From assembly GCA_041653755.1 (NCBI GenBank), contig JBAZEU010000001.1, positions 65,398 to 129,397 on the forward strand: DNA of 64,000 nt, given 5' to 3'. The notes under the pieces were generated by a model. That model was not told the DNA's origin and searched no databases. It saw nothing but the letters and a program-made list of their open reading frames with translations. Shown here in pieces: positions 10,636 through 19,498 of the stretch. Made by a program: the position numbers and the translations under genes. Origin of the DNA: Minisyncoccota bacterium. GTDB lineage: Bacteria; Patescibacteriota; Minisyncoccia; UBA6257; UBA9933. Positions within the stretch are counted from its first letter, which is position 1, and the number at the start of each line of letters is the position of its first letter.

Positions 10636-11445
10636 ATGAACAATTCTATCGATTACAAAAAACTCGCCCATGATACAAGAAAAACCGTTTTGCGTTTGGT
10701 TTATCAGGGCCAAAGTTCTCATATCGGCTCCAATTTTTCTTGCATAGACATACTTACTGTTCTTTATAATATCGCTAATATAGATAAGGATTTGAAAGAA
10801 GATCGGGACAGAATAATGATTTCTAAGGGCTGGGTTGCCGCGACTGTTTACGCTCTTTTAGCCGAAAAAGGAATTATTCCGAAAGAAGACTTAGAAACGT
10901 ATTATAAAGACGGAAGCAAATATATCGGTCTTTTGGAGCCAACTGTTCGGGGGATAGAAGCGGCTGGTGGTTCAATGGGTTTTGGCATGCCTTTTGGAGT
11001 TGGATTCGCCATCGCAAAAAAGATAAAAAAAGAGATAGGAAAAGTTTTTGTTTTGATGGGTGACGGAGAAGTAGCGATAGGTACTACATGGGAATCCGCT
11101 TTAATAGCGGCTCAAAATAAACTAGATAATTTGTATGTAATTATTGATGCGAATAATTTGCAGGCAATGGGGACAGTCGAAGAAGTTTTAAATATTGAAC
11201 CGCTTAAAAACAAATGGGAATCGTTCGGTTGGGAAATTCGGGAAATTGACGGGCATAATTTTGAACAAATAGAAAAAGCGCTTGCTTCTGCGCCGCTTCA
11301 ATCAGGGAAGCCGGTGATTATTATCGCCAGAACAATCAAGGGTAAAGGAGTAAGTTTTATGGAAGGAAATAATTTGTATCATTATAAAATGTTATCTGAC
11401 GACGAATATCAAAGAGCATTAAAAGAGTTAGAAATAAATGGGTGA
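10636..11445 (+). CDS. transketolase, N-terminal (thiamine-binding) subunit
   Basis: SSHIGSNFSCIDIL and GDGE TPP-binding motifs; 269 aa split-transketolase architecture. Confidence 0.8.
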   Translation: MNNSIDYKKLAHDTRKTVLRLVYQGQSSHIGSNFSCIDILTVLYNIANIDKDLKEDRDRIMISKGWVAATVYALLAEKGIIPKEDLETYYKDGSKYIGLLEPTVRGIEAAGGSMGFGMPFGVGFAIAKKIKKEIGKVFVLMGDGEVAIGTTWESALIAAQNKLDNLYVIIDANNLQAMGTVEEVLNIEPLKNKWESFGWEIREIDGHNFEQIEKALASAPLQSGKPVIIIARTIKGKGVSFMEGNNLYHYKMLSDDEYQRALKELEING

Positions 11446-11944
11446 AATAATAAGACAACTTGATACAAGAAGAGTTTTTCTAAATACTCTTATAGAACTT
11501 GCCGAGAAAGACGACAAAATCGTTTTGATTATTCCGGATGTCGGATTTAATTATATCGAGGATTTCCAGAAAAAATTCCCGGATAGATTTTTTAACTTCG
11601 GAGTGACAGAGCAAAGCACGATGATTATTGCCGCGGGTCTCGCTCTTGCCGGATTTAAGCCCTATGTTTACTCAATGATAAACTTTGTTGTTTTTCGTCC
11701 GTACGAAATGGTTAGAAACGCAATTTGTCTTCACAACGCCAACGTAAAGCTTGTCGGAGTGAAAGGCAGCGAGAAATACAAATTTTTAGGTTTCAGTCAT
11801 AACATGATAGTTGAGGATGAAGACATAAAGGCCTTATCAAATTTCCCGAACATAAAATCTTACATTGTCACAGACCCCGAAAAAGTTAAAGACCTTATTA
11901 TAGAAACACACAATGATAGTTCGCCTTGTTACATACGGCTTTGA
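11438..11944 (+). CDS. transketolase, C-terminal (pyrimidine-binding) subunit, short form
   Basis: overlaps upstream subunit by 8 nt; FGVTEQSTMIIAAGLA motif; only 168 aa, lacks the usual C-terminal domain. Confidence 0.65.
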   Translation: MGEIIRQLDTRRVFLNTLIELAEKDDKIVLIIPDVGFNYIEDFQKKFPDRFFNFGVTEQSTMIIAAGLALAGFKPYVYSMINFVVFRPYEMVRNAICLHNANVKLVGVKGSEKYKFLGFSHNMIVEDEDIKALSNFPNIKSYIVTDPEKVKDLIIETHNDSSPCYIRL

Positions 11945-11981
11945 TGGACGGGCAATATCGTAAAAGCGACTAAGAACTTTT

Positions 11982-12401
11982 ATGAAAATAATAAAAATTT
12001 CTACTCGAAAAGTAGCGCCCGGTAACCCAAGGAATGATCGTGGCAGAAGAACTTGGGAGTGGGATCAAAAAGACAATAAACAGATAGTTTTTTCTTTCAG
12101 GAGAAAAGGCGAACACTTCGGCAACCATTTTCATAAAGGAAAAGATCCTTCCAAAAATCCAGAAAGATTTCTTTTACTTCAGGGAACCTTTGTGTTTGAT
12201 TTTGTTTATAAAAACGGCAAAAAGCAAAAATTAGTTTTAAGCCCTAAAAAGGGACCTATCGAATTAATTTTGCCTGCCTATGTTTTCCACAAAATTTTTG
12301 CTAAAACCGATTGCTATCACATTGAATACCGAACAACTTATTTTAATCCGAAGAAACCGGATACTTACACCACTGAATTTTTTCCTGTAAAAATTAAATA
12401 A
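11982..12401 (+). CDS. cupin-fold protein, FdtA/WxcM-like sugar 3,4-ketoisomerase candidate
   Basis: GEHFGNHFHKGKD His-x-His cupin motif, ~139 aa like FdtA; followed by a DegT aminotransferase. Confidence 0.4.
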   Translation: MKIIKISTRKVAPGNPRNDRGRRTWEWDQKDNKQIVFSFRRKGEHFGNHFHKGKDPSKNPERFLLLQGTFVFDFVYKNGKKQKLVLSPKKGPIELILPAYVFHKIFAKTDCYHIEYRTTYFNPKKPDTYTTEFFPVKIK

Positions 12402-12412
12402 AAAATAAACAA

Positions 12413-12440
12413 TACATTGATTTTTTTAAAAATCAATGTA
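12413..12440. repeat. perfect 13-bp inverted repeat TACATTGATTTTT-tt-AAAAATCAATGTA
   Basis: seen directly in intergenic region between cupin gene and second DegT gene; candidate operator or weak terminator. Confidence 0.5.
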
Positions 12441-12455
12441 TGCTAAAAATATACT

Positions 12456-13583
12456 ATGAAATACAAAGTAAATTTTATTAATTCAAGTTATCGCCGATAC
12501 TACAAAGCTCATAAAAAAGAGATATTAAAGGCGGTTGATAAATGTTTTTCTTTGGGCAATTTTGTTTTGAGGAAAGACGTGTTGGAGTTTGAAGGAAAAC
12601 TGGCAAAGTTTGTGGGGACAAAGTACGCTGTCGGAGTTAATTCAGGGACAGACGCCTTAAAACTTTCCTATAAGTCATTGGGTTGTGGGCATGGAGATGA
12701 GGTTATAACTGTTGGTCATACTTTTATCGCGTCAATTGAGGAAATAGTCCATTTGGGTGCAAAACCTGTTTTAATTGATGTCGGAGAAGATGGACTAATG
12801 GATGTTTCTCAAATTGAAAAAGCGATCACCAAAAAAACCGTCGGGATTGTGCCGGTTCATTTGTCCGGAAAAGTGTGTGATATGGATGAAATTATGAAGA
12901 TAGCCAAAAAATATAAGTTATGGGTTGTGGAAGACGCTTGTCAGTCCCTGGGAGCGTACTGGGGCAACAAAAAGTCGGGGAGTATAGGAGACACGGGCTG
13001 TTTTAGTTTTATATCTCCCAAGACCTTAGGTGGCGCCGGAGATGCAGGCGGAATAGTTACTAATGATCGAAAATTATATGAGAAGTTGTTGTTAATGAGA
13101 AACCATTGGAATATTACTCAAGGAGCATTGCATGGAGTTCAGCCCAAAGCGCCCAAGATTATGGAGTGGGGATATAACAGCCGGCTTGATAATATTCAAG
13201 CAGCGATTTTAAATATAAAAATTAAATATTATCCGGCAATGCTTAGGAGAAGAAGGGCAATAGGGATGATGTACAATAAAGGACTGAAAAATTTGCCCTG
13301 CATTTTGCCAATTCAGCAGCCAAAACAAATTTATCAAGAATATATTATCAAAGTAAAAGATATGTGGAAATTTAAAAAATATATGGACGAGCAAGGAGTA
13401 GAACTTCTGATTAGGGATACGATTCCGAACCATAAATTAAAAGGATTGGGGATGGAACATTTTAATCTGCCGGTTACCGAAAAAATAGCAACAGAATCTG
13501 TAAGATTGCCAACTTATCCGGAATTGACTGACGAAGACGTTAAATTCGTAATCAAATCAATTAAAGATTTTTATTCGAAATAA
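12456..13583 (+). CDS. DegT/DnrJ/EryC1/StrS-family PLP aminotransferase (second copy)
   Basis: GVNSGTDAL, SFISPKTLGGAGDAG motifs; 375 aa. Confidence 0.85.
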   Translation: MKYKVNFINSSYRRYYKAHKKEILKAVDKCFSLGNFVLRKDVLEFEGKLAKFVGTKYAVGVNSGTDALKLSYKSLGCGHGDEVITVGHTFIASIEEIVHLGAKPVLIDVGEDGLMDVSQIEKAITKKTVGIVPVHLSGKVCDMDEIMKIAKKYKLWVVEDACQSLGAYWGNKKSGSIGDTGCFSFISPKTLGGAGDAGGIVTNDRKLYEKLLLMRNHWNITQGALHGVQPKAPKIMEWGYNSRLDNIQAAILNIKIKYYPAMLRRRRAIGMMYNKGLKNLPCILPIQQPKQIYQEYIIKVKDMWKFKKYMDEQGVELLIRDTIPNHKLKGLGMEHFNLPVTEKIATESVRLPTYPELTDEDVKFVIKSIKDFYSK

Positions 13584-15467
13584 ATGCTTAAAGATTTTTT
13601 AGTAGCTAAGAAAAAACCTATTTTATTGATCGCCGACATTATTTTAGTTGGCGCGGCCTTACTTTTAGCTTTTGTTTTGCGATTTGATGGCGTCATCCCG
13701 CAAGAATATTACACTCGTCTCCCAGCGTTTATTTTGTTAATAGTAGTTCTTAATATTTATTTCATCTGGCGTCAGGGATTATACACTTTAAATTTAGAAT
13801 TTATCGGGCTGAGAGAAATACTCCAACTTTTAAAAGCCGTTACTTTTGCCAATTTTATTTTTGCTTTAGCGGTTTTGTCTAGTCGAGAAACTCTGACCTT
13901 ATTTTCCGGTTTTCCAAGATCAATAATCTTAATTAATTATCTTTTAGATTTGCTTTTTATAAGTTCTTTGAGGGTCTCTCGGCGTGCCCTTCAAGAATTT
14001 GCTGAAAAGAAGTTCTTCGAAAACGGCGAAGAAACCTTGGTCGTTGGTGCTTCCACTGAAGGAGAACAAATCTTAAGAAATCTTCTGCAAAATAAAAACG
14101 ACCTATATTACCCCGTTGGCATTATTGATCATCGTTTTGATAAGCAAAAAACGTCAATTCATGGGATTCCGGTTTTGGGTGGCGTTGAAGACATTCCGAA
14201 GTTTATAAAAAGTTATAACGTAAAGCATGTAATTATTGCTTTGAAAGCGGTTGAGTCAGATGTTATTCGTAAGGCAACTAATCTTTCTAGGGAAGCTGGA
14301 ATAAAAGACATAAGAATTATTCCTGATACTTATGAAATAATCTCTGGCCAATTAAAACTTACTGACATCAGAGAGATTCAGGTTGAGGATCTTTTGGGCA
14401 GAGAACCAGCGAAAATCGATACGACCTTAATCAACAAGTTTATTAAAAACAAAGTAGTTTTGATAACAGGCGCAGCCGGCTCAATTGGCTCTGAAATTTG
14501 TCGCCAAGTTGCAGGATTCGAACCGAAAGAATTAGCTATTTTAGATATTAACGAAAGCGGTATTTTTGACATGAATACCGAACTTGAAACTTCTTTCCCT
14601 AAGTTGAAATTAAAATTAATCGTGGCAAATATCGTTGATAAAGATACGATTAATTCTTTGATGGCAGAAATAAAACCGGATGTTGTTTTCCACGCTGCAG
14701 CATATAAGCATGTTCCTTTGATGGAGGATTATCCCGGTGAAGCGGTGAAAACAAATATTTTTGGGACCTTAAATGTTGCCGAAGCGGCTGTTAAAAATAA
14801 TGTTAAGAAATTCGTCTTAATTTCAACCGATAAAGCTATAAGACCGAATTCGGTAATGGGTAAGAGTAAGCGAATCACTGAATTAGTTGGTCAGGATTTG
14901 AATAAAGAAAATAAAACTAAATTTGTTGCTGTTCGATTTGGAAATGTCTTAGCGTCTCGGGGGAGTGTTATCCCTCGTTTCAAGGAGCAGATTAGAAAAA
15001 GGGTACCGGTTACGGTAACTCATCCCGACATGACAAGATATTTTATGACGATTCCTGAGGCAGCTCTTTTAGTCACTGAAGCCGGTGCGGTTGGAGAAGG
15101 TGGAGAGATATTTATGCTTGATATGGGGAAGCCGGTAAAAATTCTTGATTTAGCTAAAGAAACTATTCGATTGGCTGGATTGGAGCCGGATGTTGACGTT
15201 CCCATAGTTTTTACCGGAGTCAGGCCCGGAGAAAAAATATTTGAAGAGATATTTTCCGAAGAAGAAAAAAGAGTTGGTACCACTCAATGGGACAAAATTT
15301 TTGTTACTAAAACAGAAAAGCCAATCGACGATAAAGTTATTAAAAAAATCTTAAACGACCTCACGAAAGCTTTAAAACAAAAAGAACCTTCTTTTGCGAG
15401 AAAAGTTTTGGATAAATTCTTTTTAGGCGCCTCTAAAAAATCAGGTTCCCCTAAAGATTCTAAGTAA
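13584..15467 (+). CDS. membrane-anchored UDP-GlcNAc 4,6-dehydratase (CapD/WbpM/PglF family)
   Basis: N-terminal TM helices, LITGAAGSIGSE Rossmann, YKHVPLME and ISTDKA catalytic region; 627 aa. Confidence 0.85.
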   Translation: MLKDFLVAKKKPILLIADIILVGAALLLAFVLRFDGVIPQEYYTRLPAFILLIVVLNIYFIWRQGLYTLNLEFIGLREILQLLKAVTFANFIFALAVLSSRETLTLFSGFPRSIILINYLLDLLFISSLRVSRRALQEFAEKKFFENGEETLVVGASTEGEQILRNLLQNKNDLYYPVGIIDHRFDKQKTSIHGIPVLGGVEDIPKFIKSYNVKHVIIALKAVESDVIRKATNLSREAGIKDIRIIPDTYEIISGQLKLTDIREIQVEDLLGREPAKIDTTLINKFIKNKVVLITGAAGSIGSEICRQVAGFEPKELAILDINESGIFDMNTELETSFPKLKLKLIVANIVDKDTINSLMAEIKPDVVFHAAAYKHVPLMEDYPGEAVKTNIFGTLNVAEAAVKNNVKKFVLISTDKAIRPNSVMGKSKRITELVGQDLNKENKTKFVAVRFGNVLASRGSVIPRFKEQIRKRVPVTVTHPDMTRYFMTIPEAALLVTEAGAVGEGGEIFMLDMGKPVKILDLAKETIRLAGLEPDVDVPIVFTGVRPGEKIFEEIFSEEEKRVGTTQWDKIFVTKTEKPIDDKVIKKILNDLTKALKQKEPSFARKVLDKFFLGASKKSGSPKDSK

Positions 15468-15507
15468 ATCTTTTCGAACGTCTCTAGCTTTTATAAAAAT
15501 CTTTTCT

Positions 15508-15535
15508 GCTATCTCTCGCGGCCGCGAGAGATAGC
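15508..15535. repeat. perfect 28-bp palindrome GCTATCTCTCGCGGCCGCGAGAGATAGC (NotI site at centre)
   Basis: seen directly; GC-rich hairpin between glycan cluster and DinD-like gene; no U-tract follows. Confidence 0.6.
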
Positions 15536-15570
15536 AAGTAAGTCAAACCTTCACAGGGAAGATAAATTCT

Positions 15571-16794
15571 ATGACTAAAAATAACAAACGAAGAAAAAAG
15601 ATATTCAAAAGAGAGTTTATTCTTGAAAAGTTAGATAAATTAGGAGTAATAACATTTGAAAAAGCTTTAACTATCGCATGGCAAGTATATTCATTCGGCA
15701 CCAAAATGAGTTTACCATACGCGCAATCATACAAAGCGTTGAAGAATTTAAAGCAAACAGAAAATGCTTTTTTAGAAGATTTTAAGACTAGAAAATCTTT
15801 TTCTTCTTTCGTTTCGAAAATGGAGAAAGACGGACTAATCTTAAGAGAAGGAAGGGACAAACTAAGGATAACACATCGAGGGAGAATATTTACGAAGAAA
15901 AAATTAAAAATTCCACCATGGTCCAAGACCTATAAAATTAAAAACATGGATAACGAAAAAGCACTTTTAGCTTCGAATGAAAATTTCGAAAGCATAAAAA
16001 ATATTGACGAAAACGGGGTTGAATATTGGCATGCTCGTAAGTTGATGCCTGTTTTGGGATATGAGAATTGGCAGAAAGCTGAAGAAGTCATAGCAAGAGC
16101 AGCCAGGGCATGTGTTAATAGCGGTCAGGACGTTGACAACCATTTTAACCGAACGGTTAAAATGGTTGAGATAGGATCAAGCAGCGTAAGGGAAGTTAGA
16201 GATTACAAGCTTGATAGATATGCTTGTTATTTAATAGCCCAAAATGGAGATCCAAGCAAAAAAGAAATAGCAGTGGCCCAAACCTATTTTGCTATACAAA
16301 CAAGGAGGCAAGAGGTTTTTGAGCAGTTATCAGACGCAGAAAAGAGACTTTTTATCCGTAACGAAGTTTCAGACTCTAATAAAAAGCTTTTTAAGACAGC
16401 AAGACGAGCTGGCGTGACTAAATTTGGATTGTTTAATGATGCTGGTTATAAAGGGCTTTATGGCATGCCATTGTCTGATGTTGAGAAAAGCAAAGGGATT
16501 AAGAAAGGAGAATTATTAGACAGAGCTAGTTCAACAGAATTAGCAGCTAACTTATTTCGTATTACTCAAACAGACGAGAAGATAATAAAAGAAAGAGTAT
16601 ATGGAGAACGAGAGGCTGCTCAAACTCATTTTATGGTTGGTGGGAAGGTTAGGCAAACTATCAAAGATATCGGGGGAATTCTTCCAGAGCAATTACCCGT
16701 AGAAAAAAATATTAAGCAAATCAAAACAAAAATTAGACAGTTGAAGAAAATCGAGAAAAAGAGGATAAAGGGTTCTGGGGAGGAAGTTAAATAA
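15571..16794 (+). CDS. dinD: DNA damage-inducible protein D (DinD) homologue with ~130-aa N-terminal extension
   Basis: long collinear similarity to E. coli DinD (YWHARKLMPVLGYENW, RYACYLIAQNGDP, QTYFAIQTRRQE, GSTELAANLFRITQT). Confidence 0.7.
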   Translation: MTKNNKRRKKIFKREFILEKLDKLGVITFEKALTIAWQVYSFGTKMSLPYAQSYKALKNLKQTENAFLEDFKTRKSFSSFVSKMEKDGLILREGRDKLRITHRGRIFTKKKLKIPPWSKTYKIKNMDNEKALLASNENFESIKNIDENGVEYWHARKLMPVLGYENWQKAEEVIARAARACVNSGQDVDNHFNRTVKMVEIGSSSVREVRDYKLDRYACYLIAQNGDPSKKEIAVAQTYFAIQTRRQEVFEQLSDAEKRLFIRNEVSDSNKKLFKTARRAGVTKFGLFNDAGYKGLYGMPLSDVEKSKGIKKGELLDRASSTELAANLFRITQTDEKIIKERVYGEREAAQTHFMVGGKVRQTIKDIGGILPEQLPVEKNIKQIKTKIRQLKKIEKKRIKGSGEEVK

Positions 16795-16980
16795 AATAAT
16801 AGTATAAACAAGGCAATCAAGATACTATAAAAAAATCGTCAATAAGACGGTTTTTTATTAGAACAAAAGAATGTTGTAGATATGATAGCGAACTAATATT
16901 GACGAAATAAATTATTTGTTGTAGATTAACGATAGTCAAAAACTATAGTTTTGTTTTACAACTAAAAAAGGAGGAACAAG

Positions 16981-17109
16981 ATGGGTTTCAATATGAGATG
17001 TAAGAAATGTAAGAAGAAATGTTATGGTTGGGCAACAACAAAAAACTGCGAGGAATGCGGTGGCGAACTTGAAGAAGTGAAAGAAGAAAAGTCGAGTGAA
17101 AGAAAATAG
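16981..17109 (+). CDS. 42-aa zinc-ribbon micro-protein
   Basis: AAAGGAGG SD 8 nt upstream of ATG; CKKCKKKC...CEEC two CxxC pairs; below ORF-track length cut-off. Confidence 0.4.
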   Translation: MGFNMRCKKCKKKCYGWATTKNCEECGGELEEVKEEKSSERK

Positions 17110-17141
17110 CTTTTCTTTTAAAACCCAACAAAGGGGGCAAT

Positions 17142-17315
17142 ATGGGGATATATATGCTCATAGTTGTGGCCTCGCTGTTCTTGTTGATGAAGATTTTGAA
17201 TAAAAGAAAGCAGGATCGGGAGTTCAAAAGAGAAGTGGAAAAGATTCGGAAAGAACTTGAAGCTCTTGGTTTCAAACCGAACAGGTATGGATACTATGAA
17301 ATTTTCTGGGGGTAG
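17142..17315 (+). CDS. 57-aa single-TM micro-protein
   Basis: AAGGGGG SD; hydrophobic N-terminus LIVVASLFLLMKIL; followed by rho-independent terminator. Confidence 0.35.
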   Translation: MGIYMLIVVASLFLLMKILNKRKQDREFKREVEKIRKELEALGFKPNRYGYYEIFWG

Positions 17316-17354
17316 ACGTACGGCCATCGTGCTTGATGCTCGAGACAAAAAATA

Positions 17355-17391
17355 AACCGCCTAGTAGCTTTATGCGAACGGCGGTTTTTTT
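17355..17391 (+). terminator. rho-independent terminator
   Basis: AACCGCC...GGCGGTT stem followed by TTTTTTT. Confidence 0.6.
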
Positions 17392-17457
17392 GCTTGTTTA
17401 AAACAGGGATTAATATCTTTGTTTGTAGGCAAGGTTTAATTAGCATAAATTTTATTC

Positions 17458-17486
17458 TTGACGAATTGAGCAATTTTTGCTATAGT
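17458..17486 (+). promoter_or_regulatory. sigma70-like promoter TTGACG-17-TATAGT
   Basis: seen directly; ~60 nt upstream of 17548 ORF which has a GGAGG SD. Confidence 0.5.
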
Positions 17487-17547
17487 TCGGTTAGCAATTT
17501 AATAATCCTAGAGAATTTCTCTCTGGGTTTAAACATGGAGGTAATTA

Positions 17548-18072
17548 ATGGCAAAGGGGAAAAGCTTTTTGCAGTGGTTGGAAGAAGGGATGAGAGCAAT
17601 CACTCCTGATAAGTTCGTGGAGCCGGCCAAAGAAATCCCTAAGGGGGCTAAAGTGGTCGGAGAAATGAACGAGGATCTGAAAAGGATGTGCAGTTTTTTG
17701 GGCCTTCAGACTGATTTGATAGAAAAGCGCCTTGAACAAGCAGGAAAAGCTTTCCGGGAAAAACTCGAAAAAGCAGAAAAAGAGAAAAAACCTTTCGGCA
17801 TGAAAGAAATTGAAGAAACGTTTTCGAAAGAGTTCCCGGCATCAGAAATGACAGAGATGAAAGTAAAGCTCAATACGTTGAAAGAAGTTTTTTTCGCCTC
17901 CCTAAAAGCAGAATTTGACCTTTGGGAAGAGGAAATCGTGGGGGTGAGTAAAGGATTTAAGGTTTATACCGCCGAGAAAGAAGGTTGTAACTGTCCTTTC
18001 GGAGGTATTATTATTGCAGAGATTCATAGAGGGGGAGAAAGCTCCGGGAAAAAGGATCCTATGGCGAATTAA
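17548..18072 (+). CDS. hypothetical protein
   Basis: ORF with GGAGG SD; no recognisable motif; 174 aa. Confidence 0.5.
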   Translation: MAKGKSFLQWLEEGMRAITPDKFVEPAKEIPKGAKVVGEMNEDLKRMCSFLGLQTDLIEKRLEQAGKAFREKLEKAEKEKKPFGMKEIEETFSKEFPASEMTEMKVKLNTLKEVFFASLKAEFDLWEEEIVGVSKGFKVYTAEKEGCNCPFGGIIIAEIHRGGESSGKKDPMAN

Positions 18073-18088
18073 ATTCGTAAGTCATACG

Positions 18089-18129
18089 ACGGGAGAAGCA
18101 TATACACTTATATGTTTCTCCCGTTTTTT
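18089..18129 (+). terminator. rho-independent terminator
   Basis: ACGGGAGAA...TTCTCCCGT stem plus TTTTTT. Confidence 0.6.
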
Positions 18130-18137
18130 GTTAGAAT
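18130..18137 (+). promoter_or_regulatory. extended -10 element TGTTAGAAT placed 7 nt before ATG (leaderless-type promoter)
   Basis: TTTTTGTTAGAATAAAAAT-ATG; same motif recurs at 18588 and 56453. Confidence 0.45.
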
Positions 18138-18143
18138 AAAAAT

Positions 18144-18572
18144 ATGGAAGATAAAATTAGAATCATAAAACTTTGTAGCGCTTGTCTTTTGGGAATAAAG
18201 TGCAGATATGACGGAAAAAGCAGAAAGAACAAGAAAGTATTAAAACTCTTGAAGGGGGATATCTTAATTCCTGTTTGCCCAGAGCAACTTGGCGGTTTAT
18301 CAACCCCAAGAGAAGGAGCAGAGTTGAAAAAAGGTAAGGTTCTAACAAAATCTGGCAAAGACATTACTAAGACTTATTTTAAGGGTGCGAAAGAAACACT
18401 AAAAATCGCAAAACTTCTCGGGGTCAAAAATGCTGTTCTAAAACAAAGAAGCCCTTCTTGCGGATCAGGCCAGGTTAAATTATTAAATGGTTCAGTCGTA
18501 AAAACAGACGGGGTTACAACAGCTTTGTTGAAGAAAAACGGAATAAAAGTAATTTCTGAAGAAGACCTATAA
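18144..18572 (+). CDS. DUF523 family protein (TudS-like thiouracil desulfidase candidate)
   Basis: conserved Cys pattern CSACLLG...CPEQLGG...SPSCGS typical of DUF523; 142 aa. Confidence 0.65.
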   Translation: MEDKIRIIKLCSACLLGIKCRYDGKSRKNKKVLKLLKGDILIPVCPEQLGGLSTPREGAELKKGKVLTKSGKDITKTYFKGAKETLKIAKLLGVKNAVLKQRSPSCGSGQVKLLNGSVVKTDGVTTALLKKNGIKVISEEDL

Positions 18573-18587
18573 TCATTTAAGGTTTTT

Positions 18588-18595
18588 GTTAGAAT
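18588..18595 (+). promoter_or_regulatory. extended -10 element TGTTAGAAT 9 nt before ATG (leaderless-type)
   Basis: GGTTTTTGTTAGAATAAAGATAT-ATG. Confidence 0.4.
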
Positions 18596-18603
18596 AAAGA
18601 TAT

Positions 18604-19005
18604 ATGGGAGACATAGTAAAAATATTTATAGTGGCTGGGGTAGTTATCGAGAAAAACGGTAAGTTTTTGCTCGTTCAAGAAAGAAAACAGGATTGTTATG
18701 GGCGATGGAATCTTCCTGCTGGGAAAGTAGAAGAAGGTTTTTCAATCGAAGAAACGGCCGTTAAAGAGACAAAAGAAGAAACTGGTCTTGATGTTGAGCT
18801 GTTGGAGGAAATAGCTATTTTCCATGAATCTTCAGAAAGACCGGTTCAACATGCTTTTAAGGCTAAAATAATTGGTGGAGAACTTAATTTTCGGAAGGAA
18901 GAATTGCTTGACGCGAAATGGTTTTCGATAGAAGAGCTAGGATTTATGAAAGACAAGTTGAGAGGAGATTGGGTGTTGGCTTCAATTAAGAAATCGTTAT
19001 CTTAA
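18604..19005 (+). CDS. NUDIX hydrolase
   Basis: Nudix box GKVEEGFSIEETAVKETKEETGLD. Confidence 0.8.
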   Translation: MGDIVKIFIVAGVVIEKNGKFLLVQERKQDCYGRWNLPAGKVEEGFSIEETAVKETKEETGLDVELLEEIAIFHESSERPVQHAFKAKIIGGELNFRKEELLDAKWFSIEELGFMKDKLRGDWVLASIKKSLS

Positions 19006-19015
19006 ACAGGCCTTA

Positions 19016-19489
19016 ATGATCGTAATTCTCCACAATATTCGTAGTTTATATAATGTCGGTTCTATATTTAGAACTGCGGATGCGGTTGGGGTTGAGAAAA
19101 TTTATTTATGCGGATATACGCCGTCGCCAAAAGATAAATTCGGGAAATATATTCCGCAACTTTCAAAAGTAGCTTTAGGCGCGGAAAAAAGTGTGCCCTG
19201 GGAATCGGCGAGAAATACAGCTGTAGTTATTAAAAAACTCAAAAAGGACGGCTACAAGATTTTTGCGGTTGAACAGTCAAAAAAATCGGTTCCGTACTAT
19301 AAACCTAAAACTAAAGGACTAAAATTGAAAAACATTGCGTTAATTGTAGGAAATGAGGTAAAAGGTATATCGCCTTCAATTTTAAAATTAGCTGATAAAA
19401 TATTGGAAATTCCGATGGCGGGGAGCAAGGAGTCGCTTAATGTTTCAGTAGCTTTTGGCATAGTTGCTTTTGGGTTAAAATATTCATAA
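19016..19489 (+). CDS. SpoU/TrmH-family RNA 2'-O-methyltransferase (TrmL-like)
   Basis: short 157-aa SPOUT fold with LIVGNEVKGIS and ESLNVSVAFGI motifs. Confidence 0.75.
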   Translation: MIVILHNIRSLYNVGSIFRTADAVGVEKIYLCGYTPSPKDKFGKYIPQLSKVALGAEKSVPWESARNTAVVIKKLKKDGYKIFAVEQSKKSVPYYKPKTKGLKLKNIALIVGNEVKGISPSILKLADKILEIPMAGSKESLNVSVAFGIVAFGLKYS

Positions 19490-19498
19490 AATTAAAAC

